Shown: positions 28,821-38,704 of the stretch, piece by piece
Layout of the letters: each line of letters opens with the position of its first letter
Numbering within the stretch: position 1 is the stretch's first letter
From: Caldisericota bacterium
GTDB lineage: Bacteria > Caldisericota > Caldisericia > JAAYUI01
DNA: 64,000 nucleotides
Direction of reading: 5' to 3'
NCBI GenBank assembly: GCA_029548865.1
Contig: JAKPMO010000026.1
Location: forward strand, 32,001-96,000
Notes under the pieces: generated by a model
The model's input: the letters and a program-made list of their open reading frames with translations, nothing else
Databases searched by the model: none
Told to the model about the DNA's origin: nothing
Translations under genes and position numbers: made by a program

Positions 28821-29672
28821 ATGAAATCGGTCCCGAGAGCTCTTAGAGTTGTTTTCTTGGCTGTGGGGATTTTATTAGTGATAATGATTTTCTTATCGTT
28901 TTTCCCTCCTTTGGTTCCTGTCTCAAGAGTCAATATTGACAAAACCGAAAGAATACCAATACCAAAAGTAGTTGACTATCTGGAAACAAAACTTGTAATG
29001 GGGCTTGTCCCAACAACAAATTCAATATTTGATGACGCAAAAGATACCCTTGGCCCACTTCTTGAAGACGTGACTATAAAAAGGCATTTTTTCTTTTCTG
29101 CTACGGTGACAATCAAGGAAAAGAAGGAAACTTACAATTTGAAGATGAATGCGGGCAAGGTGGCTGTTGATGTCGAAGGAAGAATAGTCGATTCTATAAG
29201 AGTTTCTGAGGACGCACCTGTCGAGATGGAAGTGGCATACCTGCAACCAGGTGGTTATGGAATGCTTGATGCAAGCTTTTATAACGACAAGATGGCCCCA
29301 GTGGTTGCGCAGATTCTTAAATATAAGAAATTGTTGCCTGTAAAAATCAAAACTTTGTTCTACAATAAATCAGAATATGTTACATCATCCGGATCAAGGG
29401 GTGGTGTTTTCCTCGCTCCTGTAAGCTATCCGGACGGTATTGCAAAAGCGATGTTTGATGGGAAATACAAGAGAGCGTATCTGGAGAGCATGCAAGGTTT
29501 TTATGCTGAAACCTCCCAGGGCACCTTGATTGTATTTGGTTTGGCAGATGAATTTATGGATGTTAGGTTTGGGGCTCTTTCTCATTACCTCAAGTCCCTT
29601 GGAAATAGCAGCCAGCTCCCAGCCGTTATAAAACTTGATGTTCCTTATCAAGTCACAACATGCCCCTATTAG
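28821..29672 (+). CDS. ftsQ: Divergent FtsQ/DivIB-like cell division protein
   Basis: Single N-terminal TM, POTRA-like VTIKRHF...TVTIKEK and VDVEGRIV; immediately upstream of ftsZ. Confidence 0.55.
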   Translation: MKSVPRALRVVFLAVGILLVIMIFLSFFPPLVPVSRVNIDKTERIPIPKVVDYLETKLVMGLVPTTNSIFDDAKDTLGPLLEDVTIKRHFFFSATVTIKEKKETYNLKMNAGKVAVDVEGRIVDSIRVSEDAPVEMEVAYLQPGGYGMLDASFYNDKMAPVVAQILKYKKLLPVKIKTLFYNKSEYVTSSGSRGGVFLAPVSYPDGIAKAMFDGKYKRAYLESMQGFYAETSQGTLIVFGLADEFMDVRFGALSHYLKSLGNSSQLPAVIKLDVPYQVTTCPY

Positions 29673-29749
29673 GTCATGTTGGAAAAGTTGAAATTCGTTG
29701 GCAAAAAGCTATAATTTTCGAAGTTTTTTGCTAGAAAAGGAAGGCATCT

Positions 29750-30823
29750 ATGTCATCAAACGCATTTGATGTTTGGGAAGGCTCGAACGCCCTTATAAAA
29801 GTAGTTGGGATTGGTGGTGGAGGCAACAATGCAGTCAACAGAATGATTGAATGTGGCCTCGAAGGGGTTGAATTTATTTCCATAAACACTGACACCCAGA
29901 CTCTTAGGATGTCACAGGCACCATCAAAAATACAGATTGGCCCAAAAGTCACCAGAGGACTTGGTGCTGGCAGCATACCGGACCTTGGAGAAAAGTCTGC
30001 AGAAGAGAGCAAGGATATAATTGCAGAAATGCTTTCCGGCGCTCACCTCATATTTGTCACCGCAGGCATGGGCGGGGGTACTGGCACAGGTGCAATACCT
30101 GTAGTTGCACAGATTGCCCGCGACCTTGGTGCGCTCACGATTGCCATTGTCACAAAACCATTCAGTTTTGAAGGTGAGAGGCGCATGAATGTTGCTGAAG
30201 GCGGCATTGAAAAACTCAAGGACAAGGTTGATGCAATGATATGCATCAACAACGATAGACTCTTTGATGCAACTGACCGCAACACGAGCCTTACCGAGGC
30301 TTTCCTCATGGTAGACGAGGTGCTTCGCCAAGCAGTGGAAGGTATTACGACCATCATAACAGTACCAGGCCTTGTAAACGTTGATTTTGCTGATGTTCGT
30401 ACAATCATGAAAGATGCTGGCACTGCCTGGATGGGTATCGGTACAGCCAAGGGCGAGAGCAGGGCCGAAGAAGCAGCAAAAATGGCCATCAGTTCACCAT
30501 TGCTCGATCACTCTCTTGAGGGAGCAAAAGGTCTGCTTTGCAACACAATAGGTGGAAAAGACTTCAAGATCTCGGAAGCAAACGATGTTGCACGCTACAT
30601 AACCAAAAATATTGATTCAAAGGCCAATATTGTTTGGGGTGCCGTTATTGATCCAAAAATGGAAGACCAGCTAAAAGTCATTGTCATTGCGACCGGATTT
30701 TCAACACAACCACAGAACCTGACAATCAAGACACCAACAATAAAAGAGGGGGACCTCAAGAACCTTGTCAGCAACAAAAGAGAACTTGACATACCACCAT
30801 TTTTGCGCAAAAAACAACAATAG
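29750..30823 (+). CDS. ftsZ: Cell division GTPase FtsZ
   Basis: IKVVGIGGGGNNAVNRM, GMGGGTGTG, NVDFADV, C-terminal LDIPPFLR. Confidence 0.98.
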   Translation: MSSNAFDVWEGSNALIKVVGIGGGGNNAVNRMIECGLEGVEFISINTDTQTLRMSQAPSKIQIGPKVTRGLGAGSIPDLGEKSAEESKDIIAEMLSGAHLIFVTAGMGGGTGTGAIPVVAQIARDLGALTIAIVTKPFSFEGERRMNVAEGGIEKLKDKVDAMICINNDRLFDATDRNTSLTEAFLMVDEVLRQAVEGITTIITVPGLVNVDFADVRTIMKDAGTAWMGIGTAKGESRAEEAAKMAISSPLLDHSLEGAKGLLCNTIGGKDFKISEANDVARYITKNIDSKANIVWGAVIDPKMEDQLKVIVIATGFSTQPQNLTIKTPTIKEGDLKNLVSNKRELDIPPFLRKKQQ

Positions 30824-31491
30824 TGCTCTCGCAAAACTACGAATCCATAAAGGGCAGGATTAGACAGGTTGCAATTGCAACCGGCCGGGACCCTTTTTCT
30901 ATTAAGATACTTGCTGCAGTCAAATATACGACCATAGACAGGGTGAATGTTTTGTTCGAAGAGGGATTGAGGATAATTGGTGAGAACAGGTTGCAGACTG
31001 CTCTGAGATGGGAAAACCATCCCTTAAGGAAAGATTTTTCCTTGCACATGATAGGCCACTTGCAAACAAACAAGGCTGCAAAAGCGTGTGCAATTTTTGA
31101 TACCGTAGATACGGTAGACTCGACAAGGCTCGCTCAGAATCTTAACAAAGCGACCCTGAGACCACTACCCATCATGGTGGAGGTGAACATATCCGGAGAA
31201 AAGCAGAAATCAGGTTGTCTTCTCCAGGAATTTGACCAGCTTTGCGATTTTATTATAAATAACTGTAAGTCTTTGGTCCTCTCCGGCGTCTTTACGATGA
31301 CCCCTGTTGACGCGCCGGACATTTTCAGGGAACATATTTTTGATAAAGCGGATGGTCTGGCCGAAAAACTGGAAGACCGGCTGTCGACGAAGATCGAGCG
31401 CTCATACGGAATGAGCGACGATTACGAGTTGGCAGTCAAGCATGGGTCAACCATGGTAAGGCTTGGCAGGGCGCTGTTTGGAGGTGAATAA
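30823..31491 (+). CDS. yggS: PLP homeostasis protein YggS
   Basis: AVK, GENR, HMIGHLQTNK, EVNISGE, SYGMSDDY..A...GSTMVRLGRALFG; GTG start. Confidence 0.93.
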   Translation: MLSQNYESIKGRIRQVAIATGRDPFSIKILAAVKYTTIDRVNVLFEEGLRIIGENRLQTALRWENHPLRKDFSLHMIGHLQTNKAAKACAIFDTVDTVDSTRLAQNLNKATLRPLPIMVEVNISGEKQKSGCLLQEFDQLCDFIINNCKSLVLSGVFTMTPVDAPDIFREHIFDKADGLAEKLEDRLSTKIERSYGMSDDYELAVKHGSTMVRLGRALFGGE

Positions 31492-31928
31492 TGGGCTTTG
31501 GCGATTGGTTTAAAAACATACTCGGGTTGTCAGAAGAGGAAGACGATGAGCCGATACTTGAGGCTGCAGTTCCAGCAACTGTGGACCCCTTGCCTAAAAA
31601 ATCCTCCCAAGCATCACAACTTGCCAGCGTACTCAAGAAGTTAACGGTCGTTGTCATAACACCAGCCTCGTTTGATGAGGCCAGGAAAGCCGTTGATTCG
31701 CTAAAACATGGCAAACCCATCATGGCCAATTTCGAGGACACCGATAAGGAAGTTGCAAGGCGCTTTATTGATTTTGTCTCAGGGGCCTGCTACGCTCTGG
31801 ATGGCGTTGTTGAGAAGATTGGAAAGAACGTCTTTTTGTTTGCAACTTCCAACGTTGCCGTTGCATCGGAGCGCTTGAGGAACTGGGAGGAGGGCTCTAG
31901 GTCAGGGGCACTTGACGATATAGACTAA
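31491..31928 (+). CDS. sepF: Cell division protein SepF
   Basis: P.SFDEA...D.LK, ARRFIDFVSGACYALDG...KIG..VFL. Confidence 0.93.
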   Translation: MGFGDWFKNILGLSEEEDDEPILEAAVPATVDPLPKKSSQASQLASVLKKLTVVVITPASFDEARKAVDSLKHGKPIMANFEDTDKEVARRFIDFVSGACYALDGVVEKIGKNVFLFATSNVAVASERLRNWEEGSRSGALDDID

Positions 31929-31947
31929 ATCCAGAGCGATTGCGACA

Positions 31948-34551
31948 ATGAAATCAGAAGATATCAGGGAGAGCTTTCTCTCCTTTTTTGCTGAAAGGGG
32001 CCATTACAGGCTCGAAGGTGCCTCATTAATTCCGTCAGATCCAACTGTCATGTTTACTCTTGCGGGAATGGTACCGTTAAAACCCTATTTTACAGGTGAG
32101 CGCAAGCCAATCTCCAGAAGGTTGGTCAGTTGCCAGAGGTGTTTGAGGACTAGTGATATTGAAAATGTAGGCAAATCACCATTCCACCACACTTTTTTTG
32201 AAATGCTTGGCAATTTTTCAATTGGTGACTACTTCAAGCAGGATGCTATCCCTTGGGCATGGGAATTTTTGACCAATATTGTGGGCCTTAACCCAGAAAA
32301 ACTCTTAGTCACCGTCTATCCTGAGGATGATGAGAGCAGAGAAATCTGGAAATCGATTGGTGTAAAAGAAGACAGAATACAAAACAAATCAGACAACTTC
32401 TGGATGATGGGTGAAGTTGGCCCATGCGGCCCCGACTCGGAAATATATTATGATTGGGAAGCTGGGGAGCCAATACCATTTGTTGGAAAAGAATTCGACT
32501 CTGATAATAAACGTTTTACCGAGCTGTGGAATATTGTTTTTACGCAATACGATGCAAAGCCTGGTGGTCTCAGGGAGCCACTGCCAGCAAAAAATATCGA
32601 CACTGGTGCGGGACTCGAAAGAATATCTGCGGCGTCGCAGGGTGTTAGATCAAGCCTTGAAACTGACCTTTTTACTCCAATAATTTCAGCGATTTCAAAG
32701 ATTGCACCCGACAATACCGATATTCAGAGAAGAAATCTTATTGCGGACCATATAAGGGCTTGCGTTTTTCTTGTGTCTGATGGTGTCTTCCCATCAAATG
32801 ATGGCAGAGGTTATGTTCTCAAAAGGCTCATCAGAAGGGCTGCTCTTGCCGGCAAAAAGATAGGCATCTCAGAGTCGTTCCTTGGAGAGCTCGCAATGCC
32901 TGTTGTTGAAAACTATTCTAGGGCATATCCATTCCTCAATGAACGCAAAGAAGCAGTAGTGAAAATACTTACAAATGAGGAAGCGCAATTCAGGTCAACG
33001 CTTGCTGTTGGGCTTCAGATGCTCTCCGATGAAATTGCGGCAATTAAAGGGAAAAAAGCCAAGATACCAGGCAAAGTGGCATTCAAACTTTATGACACCT
33101 ATGGGTTCCCACTCGATCTCACACAGGAAATTGCTCGTGAAGAGGGGAGCGATGTAGACATTGATGGTTTTAATGCTGAGCTTGAGGCGCAGAGAATGCG
33201 CGGCAGGATGGCGTTTACCGGTCAAAAAGAATTTGAAATGGCAACAGCGCTTATAGCTTTCAGAGATGAAACTGGCTGGTGCCGTTTCACAGGGTACGAT
33301 AGTTTCAGCGGCACCTCGGAAGTACTAGGTATTCTTACAAAACAGGGTTCGGAAAATGCGGCCACAGAGGGCCAAAATATTCAGTTCACGGTCAAAGAGA
33401 CCCCGTTTTATCCTGAAAAGGGTGGTCAGATTGGCGATACAGGCAAGGCTTCAACTGAGACTTGTCAGCTCGAGATAATTGATACTACGTCGCCTGTTGA
33501 GGGGCTTATTCTCCACAAAGCCCGTATCACTAAGGGAACACTTAAAGTTGGTCAGGGTATCAAACTGGAAATCAATTCTGAACGAAGATCAAAAATAGTT
33601 AAGTCCCATACCGCAACCCACCTTCTGCATGCTGGGCTCCGCAAATTCCTTGGTGAACACGCTGCACAGGCAGGCTCCTGGGTTGGAGAAGAAGAACTCA
33701 GGTTTGATTTTACCCAAATGGGTGAAATATCGAGGGATGACTTGCTTTCAATTGAGCGTTGGGTGAATGAAAGAATATTTGAAAATGTCCCTTTGAATAC
33801 TGCAGAAATGCCAATAGTAGAGGCCAAAAAGATCGGTGCAGTAGCACTTTTTGGAGAAAAATACGGTGATATTGTCAGGGTTGTGACTATCCCGGAGATA
33901 TCAAAGGAGCTTTGTGGTGGATGTCATGTAGTTTCAACCGGCCAGATAAGTTTCTTCAAGATAATCTCTGAATCTTCCATAGGTGCCAACCTGAGAAGGA
34001 TAGAAGCAAAAGTTGGTATGAAAGCGTTGCTATATGTTCAGGAGCAGGAAGCCAAGCTCTTTGACGTTGGCGAATTGCTTGCATGTGGGCAAAAGCAGAT
34101 AAAAGGCAAAATAGAGCAGGTCTTGGATAATTTAAATGATCTGCAGAAGAAGAACAGGGCAATGGTTGCCCAGATGGCCAAGGCTGAAGCTGAAAAAGTG
34201 ACAACCCAGGCAAAGAGTATGGGTGTAACACAGGTAATCATTGCCAGGTCCGACGGGTTTGATATGGATGGCGTAAGGATGGTTGCCGATTTTGCCCTGG
34301 AACCGTTTGATCATGGGGTTGCTGCAATTATCTCAAAGAATGGCAATTCTTTTGTATTGGGTGTGATAAGCAAGGGCATCCCTGTAACAACACTTCACTG
34401 TGGCAAACTCGTAACTAAAGTTGCGAGCATAGTTGGCTTCAAGGGTGGCGGAAGACCGGATCTTGGCCAGGCTGGTGGTATTGAATCTTCAAAATTTGGT
34501 CAGCTGACATCAACTCTGGAAACCGAGTTGCATCAGATATTGGTAAAATGA
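31948..34551 (+). CDS. alaS: Alanine--tRNA ligase
   Basis: HHTFFEMLGNFSIGDYFK, IDTGAGLER, LYDTYGFP, HTATHLL, ELCGG.H, GGG.P..GQAGG. Confidence 0.98.
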   Translation: MKSEDIRESFLSFFAERGHYRLEGASLIPSDPTVMFTLAGMVPLKPYFTGERKPISRRLVSCQRCLRTSDIENVGKSPFHHTFFEMLGNFSIGDYFKQDAIPWAWEFLTNIVGLNPEKLLVTVYPEDDESREIWKSIGVKEDRIQNKSDNFWMMGEVGPCGPDSEIYYDWEAGEPIPFVGKEFDSDNKRFTELWNIVFTQYDAKPGGLREPLPAKNIDTGAGLERISAASQGVRSSLETDLFTPIISAISKIAPDNTDIQRRNLIADHIRACVFLVSDGVFPSNDGRGYVLKRLIRRAALAGKKIGISESFLGELAMPVVENYSRAYPFLNERKEAVVKILTNEEAQFRSTLAVGLQMLSDEIAAIKGKKAKIPGKVAFKLYDTYGFPLDLTQEIAREEGSDVDIDGFNAELEAQRMRGRMAFTGQKEFEMATALIAFRDETGWCRFTGYDSFSGTSEVLGILTKQGSENAATEGQNIQFTVKETPFYPEKGGQIGDTGKASTETCQLEIIDTTSPVEGLILHKARITKGTLKVGQGIKLEINSERRSKIVKSHTATHLLHAGLRKFLGEHAAQAGSWVGEEELRFDFTQMGEISRDDLLSIERWVNERIFENVPLNTAEMPIVEAKKIGAVALFGEKYGDIVRVVTIPEISKELCGGCHVVSTGQISFFKIISESSIGANLRRIEAKVGMKALLYVQEQEAKLFDVGELLACGQKQIKGKIEQVLDNLNDLQKKNRAMVAQMAKAEAEKVTTQAKSMGVTQVIIARSDGFDMDGVRMVADFALEPFDHGVAAIISKNGNSFVLGVISKGIPVTTLHCGKLVTKVASIVGFKGGGRPDLGQAGGIESSKFGQLTSTLETELHQILVK

Positions 34552-35483
34552 TTGAAAGAGTGTCTTTTGGAAACACTGGTCTTGATGTTTCAAGGCTCTG
34601 TTTTGGAACACTCACGATAGGTCAGCTTCAAGCCAACCTCTCCATGCAGGATGCAGTCATAGTTATGTCCTATGCTTGGGAGAGGGGAATCAATTTTTTT
34701 GATACTGCCGAGCTTTATGAGAGCCAGAACCAGATTGGAATGCTCCCGCCAAGCATCAGGCACAATGCTATCATAGCAACCAAATCATACGCCGAAACCC
34801 CCGAAAAAATGAGGCAATCTGTTGAGAAATCTCTTCGGGAGATGAAACTTGATGTTATCCCAATATACCTTCTCCACGAGCAGGAAACTGCGCTTACCTT
34901 AAAGGGCCATAGAGGGGCTTTGGATGTGCTTCTTGAGTACAAAAATAAGGGCCTCATAAGGGTGGTTGGTGTTTCAACGCATACTGTTGAAGTCACAAAA
35001 CTTGTAAGGCAAATACCTGAGCTTGAGTGTGTCTTTTCTATGTTTAATGTTGAGGGATGGGGAATAAAAGATGGCTCGATAAAAGACATGGAGAAAGAGC
35101 TTGAATGGGACTATAAAACTGGCAAGGGAACATATCTGATGAAAGCTCTGGCTGGTGGCAAGCTCCTACATGATGCAAAAAGGGCCATAAAATATTGTAT
35201 TGATTTCCCATACGCGCACTCTGTTGCAATTGGAATGAAACACCCGAGCGAGGTGGATTGGAACCTTGAACTTTTTGAAGGCAAGGATCCGCCGCCACTC
35301 AAAGCAATACCAAGAAAAATGCTTGTTTCATTCTGGTGCATTGGCTGTGGAACTTGCGTCAAGTTTTGTCCACAAGAAGCTATCAGCCTTTCTGAAAACA
35401 AAGCAGTCATTGATCATGACAAGTGTGTTGTTTGCACTTATTGCACTGGTCAATGTCCACTCCACTGCCTCAGGGTCATCTAG
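34548..35483 (+). CDS. Aldo/keto reductase with C-terminal 2x[4Fe-4S] domain
   Basis: GINFFDTAELY, IATK, GVSTH, MKALAGG; CIGCGTC...CP and CVVCTYC...CP. Confidence 0.9.
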   Translation: MIERVSFGNTGLDVSRLCFGTLTIGQLQANLSMQDAVIVMSYAWERGINFFDTAELYESQNQIGMLPPSIRHNAIIATKSYAETPEKMRQSVEKSLREMKLDVIPIYLLHEQETALTLKGHRGALDVLLEYKNKGLIRVVGVSTHTVEVTKLVRQIPELECVFSMFNVEGWGIKDGSIKDMEKELEWDYKTGKGTYLMKALAGGKLLHDAKRAIKYCIDFPYAHSVAIGMKHPSEVDWNLELFEGKDPPPLKAIPRKMLVSFWCIGCGTCVKFCPQEAISLSENKAVIDHDKCVVCTYCTGQCPLHCLRVI

Positions 35484-35917
35484 TGTCGATAGTTGCGCTT
35501 GATCTTGGCACAAAAAACATTGGAGTTGCATATTCCCCGGACGGTGTGTTTTCTTTTCCCCTACCTTCAATCAAGCGGAGCGATCTCCCATCAGATATTG
35601 AAGCCATAAAAAAAGTGGTTTTGGAAAAAAATGCCAATCTGCTTGTTGTTGGCTATCCAACAAGCGAGATTGAATCAGAGTGGGCCAAGTTTGTAAGAGG
35701 TTTTGCCGGCAAACTCAAAGAGGCTCTTTGTATTAATGTTGCCCTTGTGAACGAGAGTCTAACCTCTATTGAAGCAAGGAATCTTGGCCATGATATGGGT
35801 AAAACAGACAGACAGATGAGGGAAAAAAAGGATGCTATCGAGGCTCAACTCATTCTCATGAGGTATCTGGAGACCTTTTCCCAGAGAATGGCCGACATTG
35901 ATCCCGATTCTGATTGA
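35483..35917 (+). CDS. yqgF: YqgF/RuvX family RNase H-like nuclease
   Basis: ALDLGTKNIGVA.S, VVGYP, NESLTS, DAIEAQLIL..YL; GTG start overlapping the upstream stop. Confidence 0.9.
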   Translation: MSIVALDLGTKNIGVAYSPDGVFSFPLPSIKRSDLPSDIEAIKKVVLEKNANLLVVGYPTSEIESEWAKFVRGFAGKLKEALCINVALVNESLTSIEARNLGHDMGKTDRQMREKKDAIEAQLILMRYLETFSQRMADIDPDSD

Positions 35918-35920
35918 AAC

Positions 35921-36484
35921 CTATCTTCCGTAAGTACCAGTGAGCTCTGCTTCAGCGATAATGTGACCTTGCATAGCCACTTCAACGGTCTTTCTCTTTG
36001 CTCCCAAGTCAAGATTGAGCATTTTGTCCAGTGCATAGAGCTTGAACACATATCTGTGCGTGCCCGATGGAGGACATGGCCCACCCCAGCCAATCTCTCC
36101 AAAATCGTTTTGCCCCTGTCTTGAACCATTTGTCATAATTCTTGTTTTTGGTTCATTTTCGCTTATGGAAAGGGCAAGTGGGTGGATATCATAGATGAGC
36201 CAATGCGTGAAATGCCCACTTGATGCATCGGGATCATCGCAGATGAGGACGGTGCTTTTTGTGCTGTCTGGAAGATCTGAAAAAACCAAGATTGGATTGA
36301 TATTTTCCCCATCACAGGTATATTTTTTTGGTATTGCACCACCATTTTCAAAAGCAGGACTTGATATTTTCATTGTTCCCCCGATAGCATCTGAATATGT
36401 TTCGCATTCTGTTCCACAACCAGTTGCTGCCAAGCATGTAGTACAAAAAACTCCAATCAATACTGGCAAAACAAATTTCCTCAT
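35921..36484 (-). CDS. YbhB/YbcL (PEBP/Raf kinase inhibitor-like) protein with signal peptide
   Basis: IP.KYTCDG.NINP, DDPDA..G.FTHW, GPCPPSGTHRYVFKLYALD. Confidence 0.93.
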   Translation of the reverse strand: MRKFVLPVLIGVFCTTCLAATGCGTECETYSDAIGGTMKISSPAFENGGAIPKKYTCDGENINPILVFSDLPDSTKSTVLICDDPDASSGHFTHWLIYDIHPLALSISENEPKTRIMTNGSRQGQNDFGEIGWGGPCPPSGTHRYVFKLYALDKMLNLDLGAKRKTVEVAMQGHIIAEAELTGTYGR

Positions 36485-36583
36485 AATGTGATTTTATTTG
36501 GTTGGTTTTGCTCTGTAAATGGTCTGATGTTTTGTTTTTGTTGAATCCTTGTAAGCCCCCCAATCTATTTGTAAGATTTGTCT

Positions 36584-37591
36584 GTGAACATTCTTGAACT
36601 TTCCAGGGAAGGGCTGTCAAAATGGTTTGAAGGTCTTGGGGAAAAGCCTTTCAGAACAAATCAAATCATCAGGTGGATTTGGGAGAAGAGCGTCCTTGAT
36701 CCTGAAAAAATGACTGATTTGCCAGAAAACCTGAGAAAAATAATGAAGGAAAATTTTTCAAAGGGGCCTTATGTTGAAAAGACTGCAGTATCACGTGATC
36801 GTTCCGTCAAGCTGCTTGTGAGGCTAGAGGATGGAAATGCCATCGAATCTGTCCTCATGAGAACGGCAGGACATGTGACGATTTGTGTTTCAACGCAAGT
36901 TGGTTGCCCATTGTCCTGCACATTTTGCCAGTCGGGAAGCACAGGTCTGGAAAGAAATCTTGAGGCATCAGAAATCATCTATCAGGTGGCACTCGCTAGA
37001 CCTAAACCAAGGAATGTTGTTTTCATGGGCGTTGGGGAACCAATGCTCAATTGGACAAACTTCAAAGAGTCCGTGTTGAGACTCCAGGATGAAGCTGGTA
37101 TGTCACAGAGACACATGACTGTCTCAACTGTAGGTGTACCTGGTATGATAACAAGACTCGCGCAGGAGCTTCCGAGAATCAATCTGGCCATATCCCTGCA
37201 CGCCCCAACCCAAAGACTCAGGGAAAGGATCATGCCAAAAGCTGCAAAAGTAATGCAGATACGAAAACTTATTGGAGAGATAAAACTTTATCAGGGGATA
37301 ACGGGCAACAGGGTCACTTTTGAATACGTGATGCTTGATGGTATCAATGATGGGCTGGACAGTGCAGATGCGCTGGCAGACATCACGGACGGCATAGCAT
37401 CCCTTATAAACCTGATCCCTTACAACCCGACAGATTGTGCATCCTACAAACCATCAAACCCAGCAAAAATAAGGTTTTTTCTTGAAAGGTTGAGGTCACA
37501 GGGGAGAGATGCAACTGTGAGAAAAAGCCTTGGACTTGGGGTTGATTCTGCGTGCGGCCAGCTCCGCGCAAGAAGGAGCAATGATGAATAG
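36584..37591 (+). CDS. rlmN: Dual-specificity RNA methyltransferase RlmN
   Basis: CVSTQVGCPLSCTFC, MGVGEP, ISLHA, FEYVML.GIND, NLIPYN, ACGQL; GTG 36584 chosen (TTG 36578 possible). Confidence 0.93.
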   Translation: MNILELSREGLSKWFEGLGEKPFRTNQIIRWIWEKSVLDPEKMTDLPENLRKIMKENFSKGPYVEKTAVSRDRSVKLLVRLEDGNAIESVLMRTAGHVTICVSTQVGCPLSCTFCQSGSTGLERNLEASEIIYQVALARPKPRNVVFMGVGEPMLNWTNFKESVLRLQDEAGMSQRHMTVSTVGVPGMITRLAQELPRINLAISLHAPTQRLRERIMPKAAKVMQIRKLIGEIKLYQGITGNRVTFEYVMLDGINDGLDSADALADITDGIASLINLIPYNPTDCASYKPSNPAKIRFFLERLRSQGRDATVRKSLGLGVDSACGQLRARRSNDE

Positions 37592-38606
37592 AGTCCTTTT
37601 ATGGGCAGGCGTTTTTGTCCTCGTTTTGTTGGTCGCAGTGGGTGGTTTTTATCTATGGATGCAAAATGCTGTTGCTACACTTTATGGCAATGCTGAATAT
37701 CCGGTTACATTTGAAGTTAAAGTTGGTTCCTCACCTTCCCAGATAGCAAAACTACTTGCAGATAAAGGACTCATAAGCTCTGAATGGGTTTTTCTTTATG
37801 AAGTTCGCAGGGAAGAGGCTGGCCCGAAACTCCAGGCCGGTGTTTTCACCTTTGGCGAGCCGCTTTCGATGCCCCAGGTCATAAAAAAACTCATGACAGA
37901 AGGCAGACTCCCACCCACAAAAGTTCTCGTTCCGGAGGGAAGAACAGCCAGGGAGATTGGAATGTTGCTCTCATACCTGCGCAGTTTTGATGGTGAGAAA
38001 TATAGAGAGCTTGCTCTAAACTCAAAAGACAGCTTTCAGTTCAGATTTTCAAAAACTATAAAAGGCAAATCGCTTGAGGGTTATCTTTATCCTGACACGT
38101 ACCTTCTTGATGATGTCTCTGCGGAAGGACTCATAAAGCGCCAGTTGAAAGAATTTGAACAAATATTTACCAGCAAGTTTGAAAAGAGATGCAAGGAACT
38201 TGGGCTGAGTGTCCATGAGCTGGTGACACTGGCCTCGATAATCGAGAGGGAATCTGGAACTACTGAGGAAATGAAGAATGTCTCATCGGTTTTCTGGAAC
38301 AGGTTGAAAGCAGGCTGGAAGCTCGAATCTTGCGTAACTGTCGGTTATGTTCTCGATAAGCCTTCGGTGATCCTTACTTTGAAAGAGCTTGCAGTCGATT
38401 CACCCTACAATACTTACAAATACCCCGGATTACCTCCTGGGCCGGTGTGCAATCCAGGCTTGTCGGCCATTGAGGCGGCACTCTGGCCAGCCAAGACAAA
38501 TTATTTCTTTTTTGTCGCCACTGGCAAAGGCTACAACGATTTCTCTGAGACCATCACAGAACATAATCAGAAGGTCGCAAAATACCTCAAGAACGGGCTG
38601 AGATAG
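37581..38606 (+). CDS. mltG: Endolytic transglycosylase MltG (YceG)
   Basis: TM; VPEG, LEGYLYPDTY, LASIIERE, DSPYNTYKYPGLPPGPVCNPG; SD AAGGAG. Confidence 0.94.
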   Translation: MMNRVLLWAGVFVLVLLVAVGGFYLWMQNAVATLYGNAEYPVTFEVKVGSSPSQIAKLLADKGLISSEWVFLYEVRREEAGPKLQAGVFTFGEPLSMPQVIKKLMTEGRLPPTKVLVPEGRTAREIGMLLSYLRSFDGEKYRELALNSKDSFQFRFSKTIKGKSLEGYLYPDTYLLDDVSAEGLIKRQLKEFEQIFTSKFEKRCKELGLSVHELVTLASIIERESGTTEEMKNVSSVFWNRLKAGWKLESCVTVGYVLDKPSVILTLKELAVDSPYNTYKYPGLPPGPVCNPGLSAIEAALWPAKTNYFFFVATGKGYNDFSETITEHNQKVAKYLKNGLR

Positions 38607-38704
38607 AACAGTAAAAGATTATTGCAGTTGCGGCGTGTTGCTTCATTGACCGACTGGCTAAAAAGGATAAAATAAGTAAGTAAACCGCAACCTGAAAGGA
38701 GCCT

